A DNA stretch of 64,000 nucleotides. Origin: Perkinsela sp. CCAP 1560/9 (lineage: Eukaryota > Protista > Euglenozoa: Kinetoplastea). The notes beneath the pieces are model-generated. The model saw only the letters and a list, made by a program, of their open reading frames with translations. It did no database searches and was not told the origin of the DNA. Shown here in pieces: positions 1 through 10,452 of the stretch. The DNA is taken from NCBI GenBank assembly GCA_965644495.1, contig CBFFSA010000021.1:119756-183755 (forward strand), in the 5' to 3' direction. A program made the position numbers and the translations under genes. Each line of letters starts with the position of its first letter. Positions within the stretch are counted from its first letter, which is position 1.

Positions 1-86
1 GAAATAAAGTACTTTATTAAAGTTTCCGCGAACCCTGGATAAGATTACTGATACTTGTTTTTTGATGCTTTCTATACTTTGTATGT

Positions 87-2135
87 ATGATAACGTTGAA
101 AAATAGAATTAAAGAATATGGCGTTTTATTGAGTGGGTTTTCCGAAACCTCCTATTACACGGCCGGGTGCATCCTTCATTATCGATCCCGAGGATTTCGT
201 GTGAAGAGATGGAGTGAAATAGTCTTCACTGATATTCAGATTCGGAATCGACTCATGTTGCTCTTTCTTTTATCGGACCTTCCTCAACGGAAGTTGGATC
301 TTGCCGATTTAGTCAAGCATCCTGAACAGGAGCACCATCAGAATCTTCTACACAGTATTTCCCGAGGCTACGAGACTACGTTCCTTCCAATACAATTGAC
401 GAATAGGAACCTAAGTAAAATTGATAATTGGAACGAGTATTGCTTAGGTCGCTCTTATCTAAATTTCGCTACGCCGAATGAAAGACAACAGCAAAATGCT
501 TTGCAACGTAAAAAAAGTACACATTCTCAACTGCCTTTAAGTGTGAGAGTGGTTGCCCTCTTGGTTTTAACTCCCGACGCATGCCCTATCCTATCACATG
601 TATTTCTAGGGGATGCTGATTCGCAAGTTGGTATAGAAAGTTGTTTGCCTCTAAAAGCAATTCAATACAGAACACTTATTCCTGCATTGAAGCATTTAGA
701 AATGCAGTGGAAAGCTAATGAAATCGTCATACGAAAAATTGCCTTGAGAAACATAGAAAATTCTGTAATTCGAATAACACATTCGAATTCTCTACAATCT
801 GAGATACTGCAAATAGTACATAATGTCGCGAGCACGTGTACACGTACTTTCCAAGGCCAGACCAGGTTACCCACAATGGACGAGAGGACAGACATATATT
901 TTATGGTTCGCGCGATGTCAATGTTATCCCTTCATCGATTACTGTATCCGAATGAAACATCGCCATCATTAACATCAGACACTCTTGAGGAAGTACTATG
1001 TGCGTGCGCTACGCATTTGTATGAGTGCGAATCGCTGGGCTTGTATGACAAATCAATGTTCAGCCTGACAATTCACATTTTTGAGGCACTTATGATTCTT
1101 CGTCGTGCAATCATTGCCTTAAGCAAAACTGATTCGCTCACAGAGCGGGAAAGTTTTTTGATAAAACGAATTAGCGAAGTAATAACAAAGAAAATAACAG
1201 ATTTACAAAAAGAGTTTAATTCAGGAGATCCCACTCTGGAAGAGTGCGTTGAATACTCACAATATGTCAACATTTGCTTTTCGGAAGGTTCGCCAAAATT
1301 ATCAAAAATAGCACTCATAATTTTCGATAGACTGCGTTTGACATACAAATCTGCGCAGCTTCGAGTCAAAGAGAGAGAACTAAACACGGAGAAGAAAGAC
1401 CCCAATAAGGACAATTTTATCGAATTCGTGAAGTTGCATGGGCTCATACTCCACGTCTATTACCAACGAATCTTGCTGGATGCTTTCGAGGAGACCGGGT
1501 GCACCAAGTATCTGGATGAAGCCTTGACTCTAGGCAATGTAATCGACGATGTCTTTTTCTTCACAGCAGCCTCTGTGAAAAAATTTCTTCCCAACATCCG
1601 TGCTAAGGGATACTATTGCGATCTCGCAGTCCGTGAAAGAATGTTTTTTCCCGTAGTACAGCACTGCGATGATATAAATCAGCCGTGTGCAGTTGCCGTA
1701 TTACTTCAGAATTTGCACCGTTTGAATCACATGCGCCATCCACTAAAATCTGAATACCGTGCGAAATTAAACACCTCCTTATCACATATAGTACCCATAA
1801 TAAAAAAGAATCCTGAAAAATATTTGCAGCTCATTCACTGTGCGTTGCTTTGTTCGAAGAGTCCTTTCCTTGTAATTGTTGCAAATAAAGGCAATACCCA
1901 CGAAGGACTTCGGAATATTATTGATGCTATTCCCACAAACAGATTGTCCATCATAATACGTAATACGAATCCGTCACACCCTGATTTTCTTCACCCATTC
2001 GCAATGCATCCCGTTTTTCGAAATATCACCATGTCTTCTTCAAACTTTGTTGTGTGTATTGGCGATACCGCTGTAGCCCACTGCGATTCAATATCTGAAC
2101 TGGAGGATGCGTTGCGAAAAGAGCGCAACATGTAA
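87..2135 (+). CDS. Divergent YyaL/SSP411/SPATA20-like protein (degenerate thioredoxin-like N-terminus plus alpha/alpha toroid)
   Basis: 682 aa. Ordered motifs LTPDACPI, LYD, LLDAFEETGCTKYLDEA, QPCAVAVLLQNLHRL and FVVCIGDT..ELEDAL resemble the family motifs FLTPDxxPF, MLYD, LLxLYEATGxxxYLxxA, PSGNSVAxxNLLRL and AYVCxxxxC. Recognised by eye only. Confidence 0.55.
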   Translation: MITLKNRIKEYGVLLSGFSETSYYTAGCILHYRSRGFRVKRWSEIVFTDIQIRNRLMLLFLLSDLPQRKLDLADLVKHPEQEHHQNLLHSISRGYETTFLPIQLTNRNLSKIDNWNEYCLGRSYLNFATPNERQQQNALQRKKSTHSQLPLSVRVVALLVLTPDACPILSHVFLGDADSQVGIESCLPLKAIQYRTLIPALKHLEMQWKANEIVIRKIALRNIENSVIRITHSNSLQSEILQIVHNVASTCTRTFQGQTRLPTMDERTDIYFMVRAMSMLSLHRLLYPNETSPSLTSDTLEEVLCACATHLYECESLGLYDKSMFSLTIHIFEALMILRRAIIALSKTDSLTERESFLIKRISEVITKKITDLQKEFNSGDPTLEECVEYSQYVNICFSEGSPKLSKIALIIFDRLRLTYKSAQLRVKERELNTEKKDPNKDNFIEFVKLHGLILHVYYQRILLDAFEETGCTKYLDEALTLGNVIDDVFFFTAASVKKFLPNIRAKGYYCDLAVRERMFFPVVQHCDDINQPCAVAVLLQNLHRLNHMRHPLKSEYRAKLNTSLSHIVPIIKKNPEKYLQLIHCALLCSKSPFLVIVANKGNTHEGLRNIIDAIPTNRLSIIIRNTNPSHPDFLHPFAMHPVFRNITMSSSNFVVCIGDTAVAHCDSISELEDALRKERNM

Positions 2136-2517
2136 TTTCCAATTTGACCTAACGTTTACATACCAGAAGGAGTAGCGTTATTTTTACACATGATTCTTCT
2201 CTACTAGAAAAATATCGTGAAACGGAGCTTTCCTGTGCCAACCAAAACATTCTAAACGTACTCCATTAAACGTACTCCATTCGGACGCCACATTAACTCC
2301 CTAATCCCCTCGACATTATCGTAAGAGATCCACGTATTGCGGACCGGACAAGAAATTCGAGAGTTCACTTGCCATCCTCTTTCCATACGACAACTGTTTA
2401 ATATGAATCTCCTTTCTACTTCTCTGTAGAAGTGGTATGGCTAGAATTCCATTATCAAACATTTGTAATCTCAAACATTAACTTTAGAAAGGTATACTAT
2501 ATCTTTAGCGGGTCTTA

Positions 2518-4023
2518 ATGGAGCCTGATGAGGCGCGTGCCATAGAGCATCTTCGTCGTCTGTTATGCAGTACCGAGCAACAGGATAATTTGATATTTTT
2601 AGACAACAGCGCTTTAGAAAATCAGAGGTTGATTGCCCAACAGTTAATTAGATACCCGTCCCTGTTAGAGTGGGAAAAAATATGTTCGCTGTACCAACTT
2701 ACTCAGAATAAAGATTCATGTTCTCCAGCGCTGGAGAAAGTCGCTCCATTTGATTCAATGATACGTGAGCGGACTGCAGGAGTAGAAAAAGATTGTAACT
2801 GGAAAGTGGGAATACATCTTGTTCAAGAAGGTCGTTCGGCTGTATGCATACTCGCTGGAGGTATGGGAACACGATTAGGATCCAACATGCCTAAGGGCAT
2901 GTTACCATTATCCGGACTTTTGTCACATGACTCAGTATTCGCTTTCATAATGAAGAAAATACGCCGTGTAAAACATCTTGCCGATGCTTCGACCACTCCA
3001 CTTCCCGTTCTTATAATGACAAGCGACGCGACTCACGACCTGACAAAACATTTTTTTGAAGTTCATAACTTTTTTGACCTCAATCCGGACCATATTCATT
3101 TTGTAGAGCAGTCTATGCTACCGTGCTTCACCATTAAAAATGGCACACCTCAGTACGTATTCGATACCTCATCGATAGCCATGTCACCCTGTGGTAATGG
3201 TGATCTCTACGCGACACTGGCTCGCTCTGGAATGCTGTGCAAGCTTAAGGAGGAGTACAACACGGAGTATCTCCATATTTTAAATGTAGACAACCCACTC
3301 GCTCGGGTAGCCGATCCCTATCTCTCCGGCTACATGAAGGCAAATAACTTAGACTTCGCGGCCAAGTATGTGGGCCGTGAAGACCCCAGTGAGTCCGTGG
3401 GTGTGTTTGTGGTAAGTCGAAGGCGAGATTGTGAAAAAGGGGTTTCTGCGGCTCCCGATGAATACTCAATATGGAAATGTCATGTTGCTGAATATACGGA
3501 GCTTGATAAGGCCAGTCAACAGAAACGGAAACCCAACGGAGAGTTTTATTATTTGTGCGCGAATATTGGCATGTATTGTGTAAGCATGAAACTGGTTCTT
3601 TCCCTTTGCGGTGATTCCTTAGGACGTCCTTCTGTAAATTTGCCCATGCATTTAGCTACGAAGAGACACCCTACTCAGCGGAGTGAAACAGGTTTTGTGA
3701 ACATCGTTAAATTAGAGTCGTATGTATTTGATATCATTTCTTATGCGAAGCACGTTGGACTTCTAAACGTCGAACGCTGTGAAGAATTTAGTCCAGTGAA
3801 GTGCGCGGATTCGACTAACACGATTGAATGTAACACACCCAGAAGGGCTGCAGAGGACATCATGTCCCTTCACGAAAGCTGGTTGAGAGCGGTCGGAGCC
3901 ATTATTATACCCAATAATGATGGTATTTATCGAGTTGAAATCTCACCTTTGATAAGCTACGACGGCGAGGGGCTAGAAAAATACAAAGGCAGACAAATTA
4001 GTTCTCCTTGTTATTTGAATTAA
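2518..4023 (+). CDS. UAP1: UDP-N-acetylglucosamine pyrophosphorylase
   Basis: LAGGMGTRLG..PKG, SPCGNGDLY, VDNPL, VAEYTE, KLESYVFD and EEFSPVK motifs. Confidence 0.93.
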   Translation: MEPDEARAIEHLRRLLCSTEQQDNLIFLDNSALENQRLIAQQLIRYPSLLEWEKICSLYQLTQNKDSCSPALEKVAPFDSMIRERTAGVEKDCNWKVGIHLVQEGRSAVCILAGGMGTRLGSNMPKGMLPLSGLLSHDSVFAFIMKKIRRVKHLADASTTPLPVLIMTSDATHDLTKHFFEVHNFFDLNPDHIHFVEQSMLPCFTIKNGTPQYVFDTSSIAMSPCGNGDLYATLARSGMLCKLKEEYNTEYLHILNVDNPLARVADPYLSGYMKANNLDFAAKYVGREDPSESVGVFVVSRRRDCEKGVSAAPDEYSIWKCHVAEYTELDKASQQKRKPNGEFYYLCANIGMYCVSMKLVLSLCGDSLGRPSVNLPMHLATKRHPTQRSETGFVNIVKLESYVFDIISYAKHVGLLNVERCEEFSPVKCADSTNTIECNTPRRAAEDIMSLHESWLRAVGAIIIPNNDGIYRVEISPLISYDGEGLEKYKGRQISSPCYLN

Positions 4024-4483
4024 GAATTCCTTTATTCGCTGCTAGATGTTCGGGTACGTATCTACTTCGTTGACGGGTCAAGCAAATGGCATCCACTTCG
4101 TTGACAGTCGGATTTACTTTCAGTAATGCTCTTTTTTGGGGAAAAAGTCCCTTTTCACCCTTTTTATTCTACTGTAGCATTGAAATCACATCAACGAATC
4201 TTGAATTGTATTCCAATCTTCACTCTCCTTCAAAGTCATGTTATATGTCTTAGTAGTCTTCATCCCTCTCTACTTCATCTTTTTCCACTTCATCTCTTAC
4301 AGACATTAGCGCCAACATTTAGCGCCAAGTGGCAGGACTCGTGGTAGCCAAGTGGCATTCGTACTCCCTCCTTTGTAACAAACCTATATAAACCTATACC
4401 TTACTTATACCTTTCGTGCTATGATTCACGACTCGATGTTTTCATAGTTCGATTTGTTTTTATAGATTTGAGAAATTTTATCG

Positions 4484-7400
4484 TTGGAAAAGAGCATGCC
4501 TTCGAAAAGGAAAGTGTCAACGCCGAAGGCGAAAAGCATAGGTGCGAAGAAAGAAATGAGCCCCGAAAAACGATCAACGAAGGCACGAGCAAAGAAAACG
4601 ACACAGCCTAACAATGATGTGGAAGCAAAAAAGGAAACCCGAAAGCGGACAAGTCCGCAACCAGAGTCTAGTAACGTGGAACCAAGAGAAAAACCGACAA
4701 AAAAGAAAGAGCCCCATAAGAGCGGATCAAAATCACACACAGAGAAAGATGGGTGTTCCAACACAGACGAAGACGTACGATCTATTGTCGTGAGTGCGTT
4801 TCAAAAAGCTCAACGCACTTCGGGATCTCATAACGCTCAGCGGAAAGTGTGTATGAAACTTCGCGCCTCCCTCTCTCACTCCGGCCTACTTACGCACACC
4901 ATGTCTTCCTTCCTACTTCGGCTCTACACGGAGGTCTCCTCCTTACCCACAGACGCTATGAATCGACTGATGAGTTTCCTACGTGACTATGTGCTGGAAT
5001 GTCACCGTGAAGACAAAAACGACAACGAGGGGGTGGCTCTAATTGAGTTCTTCCTGCCCTATGAGAACGCGATGGAGAAACACACACGGCTACGTGTGCT
5101 TCACACGCTCCACACCCTTCTGGAGACCCTGGACTATCGCCAGTCCCGTCACGCGCTCTATGACACTCTCGTTGATATCCTGAGGCGTAGGATCCATGAT
5201 AAGGCCCCCGCAGTGGCTGAGCGGGCGGTAAAAACTTGTGCATGTTTTATTTCCCAGGAGGATGTGGTACAGCATCTATTGGGAGTGCTGTGCTCCCATG
5301 AGAGCTCGGCGGTACGCGCTGCAGCCGTCGCGGCGCTCACCCAACACCCTCCGAATGACACAGCGGTGGTACCGCACGTGCTGCGCTGTGTGCGGGACGT
5401 AAGCGCTGTGGTGCGTCGTGAGGCATGGGAGGGGCTGGGGCGGCTGAAATGGAACCGATTTGTGGCGTACTCCGGGGACCAGGTACTGTTTTATCTCCAC
5501 CATGGACTGCAAGAGACCTCCACGGCGCTGCGTACTGCGGTAGCGACCACCGTGCTCTCCTCCTGGACTACTCGGGATAACCACAATGATATTGATGCTA
5601 TGCTCGCCCCGATGGATCTGTCGAATTACACTCACGTGGACACGGTGGTGGGTCGGCTGCTGGCGCATGTCGCACGGATTGAGCCCAGCTGCGGACGTGT
5701 GCCTTTGCGGTTGACAAAACTCACCACACAAAACACGCTGTTGTGGCGATTGTCGGTGGATAGCTGGAATGAGGCCCCCAGGGTTAAGGAGACCGCGTCC
5801 GAGAGCACGACAAAGAGTACCGGCGAGGTGTACGACATGAAGATTGGTGATTACATTTCTCTTTTGCATGGTATTGCGATTCAAATCCATGATCCGAGCA
5901 AGGAGTGTGTGGCGGGGGACGTTCCCATCCATATACTGGACTTTGAAAACCAAAGCCTCTCCATTGTTCGAGAGTTACTTTTAACACTTCCATTATTTGA
6001 AAGCCGTGGGCTTTTACAAACTGCTACGGATAAGGATCGCTCGAAGTTACGCACAACGTTTGCTTTACTGTTCACAGCTGCCGTGGAAGACGACGCTCGA
6101 ATTCTAGTAAAGGAGTGCATGCATTCCGCTCCACTGGTGATGCAGCAGGATGACTTAGTGGCGCTGCTAACACATAGTTTAGAGCGATTGTACAGTCACC
6201 TGGGCGTCGTGTCCCGAAACCGAATCTGTCTGGACGACGTAGAAGCCTACATTCAAGCCGAATCGAAGAGAGGTTCGGTGAAGGCGTCTCGAATTTCTCC
6301 CGAAGTTGAACGTGAAATTGAGGTCGATACCGTATACCTGCTACGAATGGCATACATTGTACATTGCTGGCTCGGTATTCATCGAAAGAAGGGGGTCTCC
6401 ATTCCGAGCACATTTTTACAGATTTTGAAGCTTTGTCGAGAGAGCTCACTCTCGTCTGACGTTAAGGCACAGGCCATACGTGCGACGGCAATGGTGTGTT
6501 TTCTTCATGCCGACACCGTAAGTACCTTCTTTAATGTGATTCACAAGAACCTTCACGATTCTCACAGCACCATATCGAGCGCTTCAGCGGAGGCTATTAT
6601 CGATCTCATGTGCGAGTACGGAGTAAAAATATTTATGCCCACAACAACGAAAAGTGATAGCGCGGCTCTTGTAGCTGAAAGAGAAGCCACCTCCCAGGAA
6701 CTCTACGCCAAACTCCTCAATGAGCTCTTGCAGGGCGACAAAAACCAACTCCCCATCCACGTCGGGATCTGCAAACTCCTCTCCTGTGGCCGAATTAAAG
6801 TCGAGGACAGCACGGCAGTAATGACCCCCCTGCTCGAGCACCTTTTCCGCCAACAATTTCTCCAAGACAAAACCCACAAACACCACCCCGAGGACCTACG
6901 CTCGATCCAATGCCTGGACACGTTCTTCACCCTCTACGCCCACTCCCACCCCCGCCGCATGTACGCCGTCGCCCAATCCGCCATCGCGGTCCTCCAATCC
7001 CTCCTCCCCCACCCCGCACTCACCCGTCAAGACTTCCGCAAAATCTGGCAACGCATCCTCTACCTCACCGATGCCTGGCACCTCTCCTGTGTCCGCCAAC
7101 TCGACCCCGAGGCCTCCGTGAAATACTCCCTCTCCCGCGAGGGCGAACCCCCCCACAGTGAGGACGAACTCGACAACAACAACAACAACAACACGCTTCC
7201 CCCCCACACGAACCGTACCCGCGCCCACTCCCCCTACCCCTACCCCTCCCCCTACGGCCGCTCCCTCTCCCGCGAGCTCTCCCGGTGCAGCTGCCACGAG
7301 CGCCTCACGCTCGCGATGCTCATCGAGGCCCTGTGCCTTCCCCGGCCCGTGGCCGCGGCCCGGGTCCTCCCCGGGCTCACCGCGATCCGGGTCTATAAGC

Positions 7401-8302
7401 GGGACCCGGTGCTGCTGGCGCAGCTGCGGGTGGCCGCGCTGCGGTGCGTGGGGGGGGTGGCCGCGGGGAGTGCGGAGCTGCAGCGGCCGCTGCGGGCACT
7501 GCTGCGCGCGCTGGGGAGGGTGGAGGGGGGGGAGGGGGGGGTGGAGCCGGGGAGGCAACAGGGACAGGGGGAAGGGGGGGAGGGGGTAGAGGGGACACGG
7601 GAGGGGTCGGGGGTAAGGGGGAACGGGGGTAAGGGGGTAGAGGGGTACCCTGGGGGGACACGGGAGGGGTCGGGGGGGAGGGGGAACGGGGGTAAGGGGG
7701 TGGAGGGGTACCCTGGGGGGACACGGGAGGGGTCGGGGGTAAGGGGGGACGGGTGGGGGGTGGATTATGGTGTGGCTACGTATTTGTCCTCCCGTGCGGT
7801 GTCGGTGGCGACGACACGGAATATGGAGGATACGGTAACCGCGATGGTGGAGATGAGGATGGGGAGGGGGAGGGGGGTGTTGGGGGTTTCGCGAAAGGGG
7901 GTGAAGGAGGTGGGGGGAGAGAAGGAGGACAGGGTAAAAGATGAGGATGCGGAAGAGGAAACGGTGTTGAGTGGGAAGAGACGAGGGGTGGCGGCGGGGA
8001 AGGAGGATGGAGATTCTGTGGGGACGAAGAAGGTATCGGGCAAGAAAGCGGCAAGTGTGGCGAAGTCTCCGCGTTCGTCTCGCAGTTCTATACGGGAGAG
8101 TGCAAAGTCAGCCTCTCAGCGGAGTTCATTGCGGAAGGGATCACAGGAGATAAGTCCACGAAGAAAAGGAGAGCAAAGTTTTTCATCAGCTCCGTCTCCA
8201 ATGTCTACGCATTCCATGAGTACGAGGAGTAGTAGAAAAGGTGCGACGGCGTGTGAAGAAGTTTTCGTATCATCGCAGAGAAGTACAAGGAAAGGTAGAT
8301 GA
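4484..8302 (+). CDS. CAPG: Condensin complex subunit CAP-G (Cnd3/Ycg1), HEAT-repeat protein; first ATG at 4496
   Basis: FQKAQ..GSH, RLRVL, RIHDKAPAV and CVRDVSAVVR HEAT motifs; Cnd3-like GICKLL and QCLDTFFTLYA; basic low-complexity termini. Confidence 0.8.
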   Translation: MEKSMPSKRKVSTPKAKSIGAKKEMSPEKRSTKARAKKTTQPNNDVEAKKETRKRTSPQPESSNVEPREKPTKKKEPHKSGSKSHTEKDGCSNTDEDVRSIVVSAFQKAQRTSGSHNAQRKVCMKLRASLSHSGLLTHTMSSFLLRLYTEVSSLPTDAMNRLMSFLRDYVLECHREDKNDNEGVALIEFFLPYENAMEKHTRLRVLHTLHTLLETLDYRQSRHALYDTLVDILRRRIHDKAPAVAERAVKTCACFISQEDVVQHLLGVLCSHESSAVRAAAVAALTQHPPNDTAVVPHVLRCVRDVSAVVRREAWEGLGRLKWNRFVAYSGDQVLFYLHHGLQETSTALRTAVATTVLSSWTTRDNHNDIDAMLAPMDLSNYTHVDTVVGRLLAHVARIEPSCGRVPLRLTKLTTQNTLLWRLSVDSWNEAPRVKETASESTTKSTGEVYDMKIGDYISLLHGIAIQIHDPSKECVAGDVPIHILDFENQSLSIVRELLLTLPLFESRGLLQTATDKDRSKLRTTFALLFTAAVEDDARILVKECMHSAPLVMQQDDLVALLTHSLERLYSHLGVVSRNRICLDDVEAYIQAESKRGSVKASRISPEVEREIEVDTVYLLRMAYIVHCWLGIHRKKGVSIPSTFLQILKLCRESSLSSDVKAQAIRATAMVCFLHADTVSTFFNVIHKNLHDSHSTISSASAEAIIDLMCEYGVKIFMPTTTKSDSAALVAEREATSQELYAKLLNELLQGDKNQLPIHVGICKLLSCGRIKVEDSTAVMTPLLEHLFRQQFLQDKTHKHHPEDLRSIQCLDTFFTLYAHSHPRRMYAVAQSAIAVLQSLLPHPALTRQDFRKIWQRILYLTDAWHLSCVRQLDPEASVKYSLSREGEPPHSEDELDNNNNNNTLPPHTNRTRAHSPYPYPSPYGRSLSRELSRCSCHERLTLAMLIEALCLPRPVAAARVLPGLTAIRVYKRDPVLLAQLRVAALRCVGGVAAGSAELQRPLRALLRALGRVEGGEGGVEPGRQQGQGEGGEGVEGTREGSGVRGNGGKGVEGYPGGTREGSGGRGNGGKGVEGYPGGTREGSGVRGDGWGVDYGVATYLSSRAVSVATTRNMEDTVTAMVEMRMGRGRGVLGVSRKGVKEVGGEKEDRVKDEDAEEETVLSGKRRGVAAGKEDGDSVGTKKVSGKKAASVAKSPRSSRSSIRESAKSASQRSSLRKGSQEISPRRKGEQSFSSAPSPMSTHSMSTRSSRKGATACEEVFVSSQRSTRKGR
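7580..7755 (+). repeat. G-rich 63-bp in-frame tandem repeat (about 2.5 copies, unit GGTREGSGVRGNGGKGVEGYP)
   Basis: ACACGGGAGGGGTCGGGG recurs at 7595, 7658 and 7721; many G4-G7 runs. Confidence 0.9.
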
Positions 8303-8631
8303 ATTAATGTTTTTTGTTCATGTAGCATTAGCCACGTGTAGATCAATCACGTCACGGAGTGCGTATAGTGTGTTCACCATCTTGTACATATCACTAGTTG
8401 TATAAACAAAATTCCTGTACGTTTGTTTGTTTTTTACCATCGTACAGGAGTTCAGTACTCCTAGGGATTTATAGCTTCATAGATCAGAAGAGAAGGTAAC
8501 ATTTGATTGAGTCCGAATTTCGATCTCCTTATGCACCCATTTCTATGCCTTATGCACCCAATTTCTATTGAATTCTGCAGAATATGATTTGACTTTGATA
8601 GATCAAGCTTGCCGATTCATATTCTTGTCTG

Positions 8632-10269
8632 TTGCTTCAGAAACCAATAGTTCTGATGACAGTCTGCTACTTCTGCGAAGTATCTCGTTCTCCGGAGTGG
8701 AGAAAACTTGAGTACCTTAGTGTGATCCGGGATCGCCAGATTCCAAGCCAACGATTTCACAAACGCATGCAACACGAGGAGAGTTTCCGGATTGCGCTCC
8801 CGTCTTTTGAGAAGGAAGCGAATTTAATAAAAGTTCAATGCAGTACTACTATTGACGAGGAAATATTGAATGCTCTATTTGACTTGGCGCGTGCCAGGGG
8901 GATCTCTCACGAGCTTGACAGACTTTCAGCGGGCGAAAATATGAACACAACCGAAGATCGCGCAGTGTCTCATGTTGCACTTCGACGCATAATTCGAACT
9001 CGAAAAGAAAACTTAGGGAAAGCTCCACAAATTGCATGGTTTCCAGAGCTCCGCGATTTCTGCGAATCCATTCGCAATGGTTCTCGTCTCACCTACACCC
9101 GTGAGACGTTCTCCCATGTCGTTCATATCGGTATTGGCGGCAGCGAGTGGGGCCCACGACTGCTATGCGATGCGCTCCAACATGACATACATGGCCTCAC
9201 TCCGTATTTTGTTTCCAATACGGGAGGACAGTCTCTTGTGGATGTGTTAAATCAAGTCACTCTCTCCCGTACACTTTTTGTAGTATGCACCAAGACGTTT
9301 ACGACCGTCGAAGTCCTAGCCAATGCTTTAGATGCGCTAAGTGCCCTACAAAATACGAATCTTGGTTCCTCTTTTCCTGTTCCTTTGCGATCTCAATTGC
9401 TAGCGTCTCACTTTGTGGCGGTTACCTCAAATATGGAGAAGGCGTCTGCGTTTGGTATTCCCCAAAATTCAGTATTTCTGCTTGACGAAGGTATCGGGGG
9501 TCGGTACAGTGTGTGGAGCGCCATCAGCCTTACCGCTGCGTTATGTCTTGGATTCCACCGATTCGATCAATTTCTTCATGGAGGCTTCGCGATGGATGAA
9601 CATATTCGGCAAGCCCCTTTACGGGGGAACGTTCCGGTTCTTTTATCTCTTTTGGATGTGTGGTATCAAAACTTTCTCGGGGCTTCTACCCATGCTGTGC
9701 TTCCCTACCACACCCGACTACGATTTCTTGTGCCCTACTTGCAGCAGTTGGAAATGGAGTCCAACGGGAAGAGAGTATGTAAGTGTTCGCATGGCTCTGT
9801 TGTCCATACTGGACCTGTGCTTTGGGGTGGCGTGGGAACGAATGCCCAGCATACGTTTCTACAACACGTTCACCAAGGCACACGGCTGATTCCGTGCGAT
9901 TTTATAGCAGTGGTGAACCCCATCGAAAATTCGAGCGAAACTGTCAGAAAAAGGCACCAAAGTTTACTCAATCATTGTGCTGCGCAGGTGAAGGCGCTGC
10001 GAATCGGTACGACGGATGACCATCTCCCAATGTACAAACAAGTAGTTGGAGCCAAACCATCAAACGTGATCATACTTGGCTCGCTCACTCCGGCAGCACT
10101 AGGAGCACTTCTGGCGCTTTATGAGTACAAAACTTTTGTGTCGGGCGTTTTATGGGGCATTAACTCTTTTGACCAATGGGGTGTGAATGTCGGCAAGTCG
10201 CTTGCCACAGAAATTGAAGATGAAACGAACGCTAGAACGAAAAATCGGTGGGGGAAATCACATTTATAG
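8632..10269 (+). CDS. PGI: Glucose-6-phosphate isomerase with C-terminal PTS1 (-SHL), glycosomal-type; true start probably a downstream ATG
   Basis: IGIGGS, KTFTT, GGRYSVWSA, QQLEMESNGK, GTNAQH and INSFDQWGV..GK motifs; ends GKSHL. Confidence 0.95.
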   Translation: MLQKPIVLMTVCYFCEVSRSPEWRKLEYLSVIRDRQIPSQRFHKRMQHEESFRIALPSFEKEANLIKVQCSTTIDEEILNALFDLARARGISHELDRLSAGENMNTTEDRAVSHVALRRIIRTRKENLGKAPQIAWFPELRDFCESIRNGSRLTYTRETFSHVVHIGIGGSEWGPRLLCDALQHDIHGLTPYFVSNTGGQSLVDVLNQVTLSRTLFVVCTKTFTTVEVLANALDALSALQNTNLGSSFPVPLRSQLLASHFVAVTSNMEKASAFGIPQNSVFLLDEGIGGRYSVWSAISLTAALCLGFHRFDQFLHGGFAMDEHIRQAPLRGNVPVLLSLLDVWYQNFLGASTHAVLPYHTRLRFLVPYLQQLEMESNGKRVCKCSHGSVVHTGPVLWGGVGTNAQHTFLQHVHQGTRLIPCDFIAVVNPIENSSETVRKRHQSLLNHCAAQVKALRIGTTDDHLPMYKQVVGAKPSNVIILGSLTPAALGALLALYEYKTFVSGVLWGINSFDQWGVNVGKSLATEIEDETNARTKNRWGKSHL

Positions 10270-10452
10270 AAAATACAATAAATTGGAAAGACTATGGAAG
10301 ACATGTACGTGTAGATTGTAGATGACGGCCTATTATTGGGAGAGACTCGAGATATCTGTATATTTTTGACTACACTACTTTCCCTTTTTCGGTTCTTTAG
10401 GTACTGTCATAATGTATGACGAATTGGTCAGAAGATAGCAGCCAACATTCTA

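Noticed and set aside
3-18. AATAAAGTACTTTATT resembling the SL 3' end
   Set aside because: Short AT-rich palindrome at the window edge with no other SL sequence.
6896-8153. Pro- and Gly-rich alternative-frame ORFs
   Set aside because: By-products of the extreme C/G skew inside the CAP-G gene.
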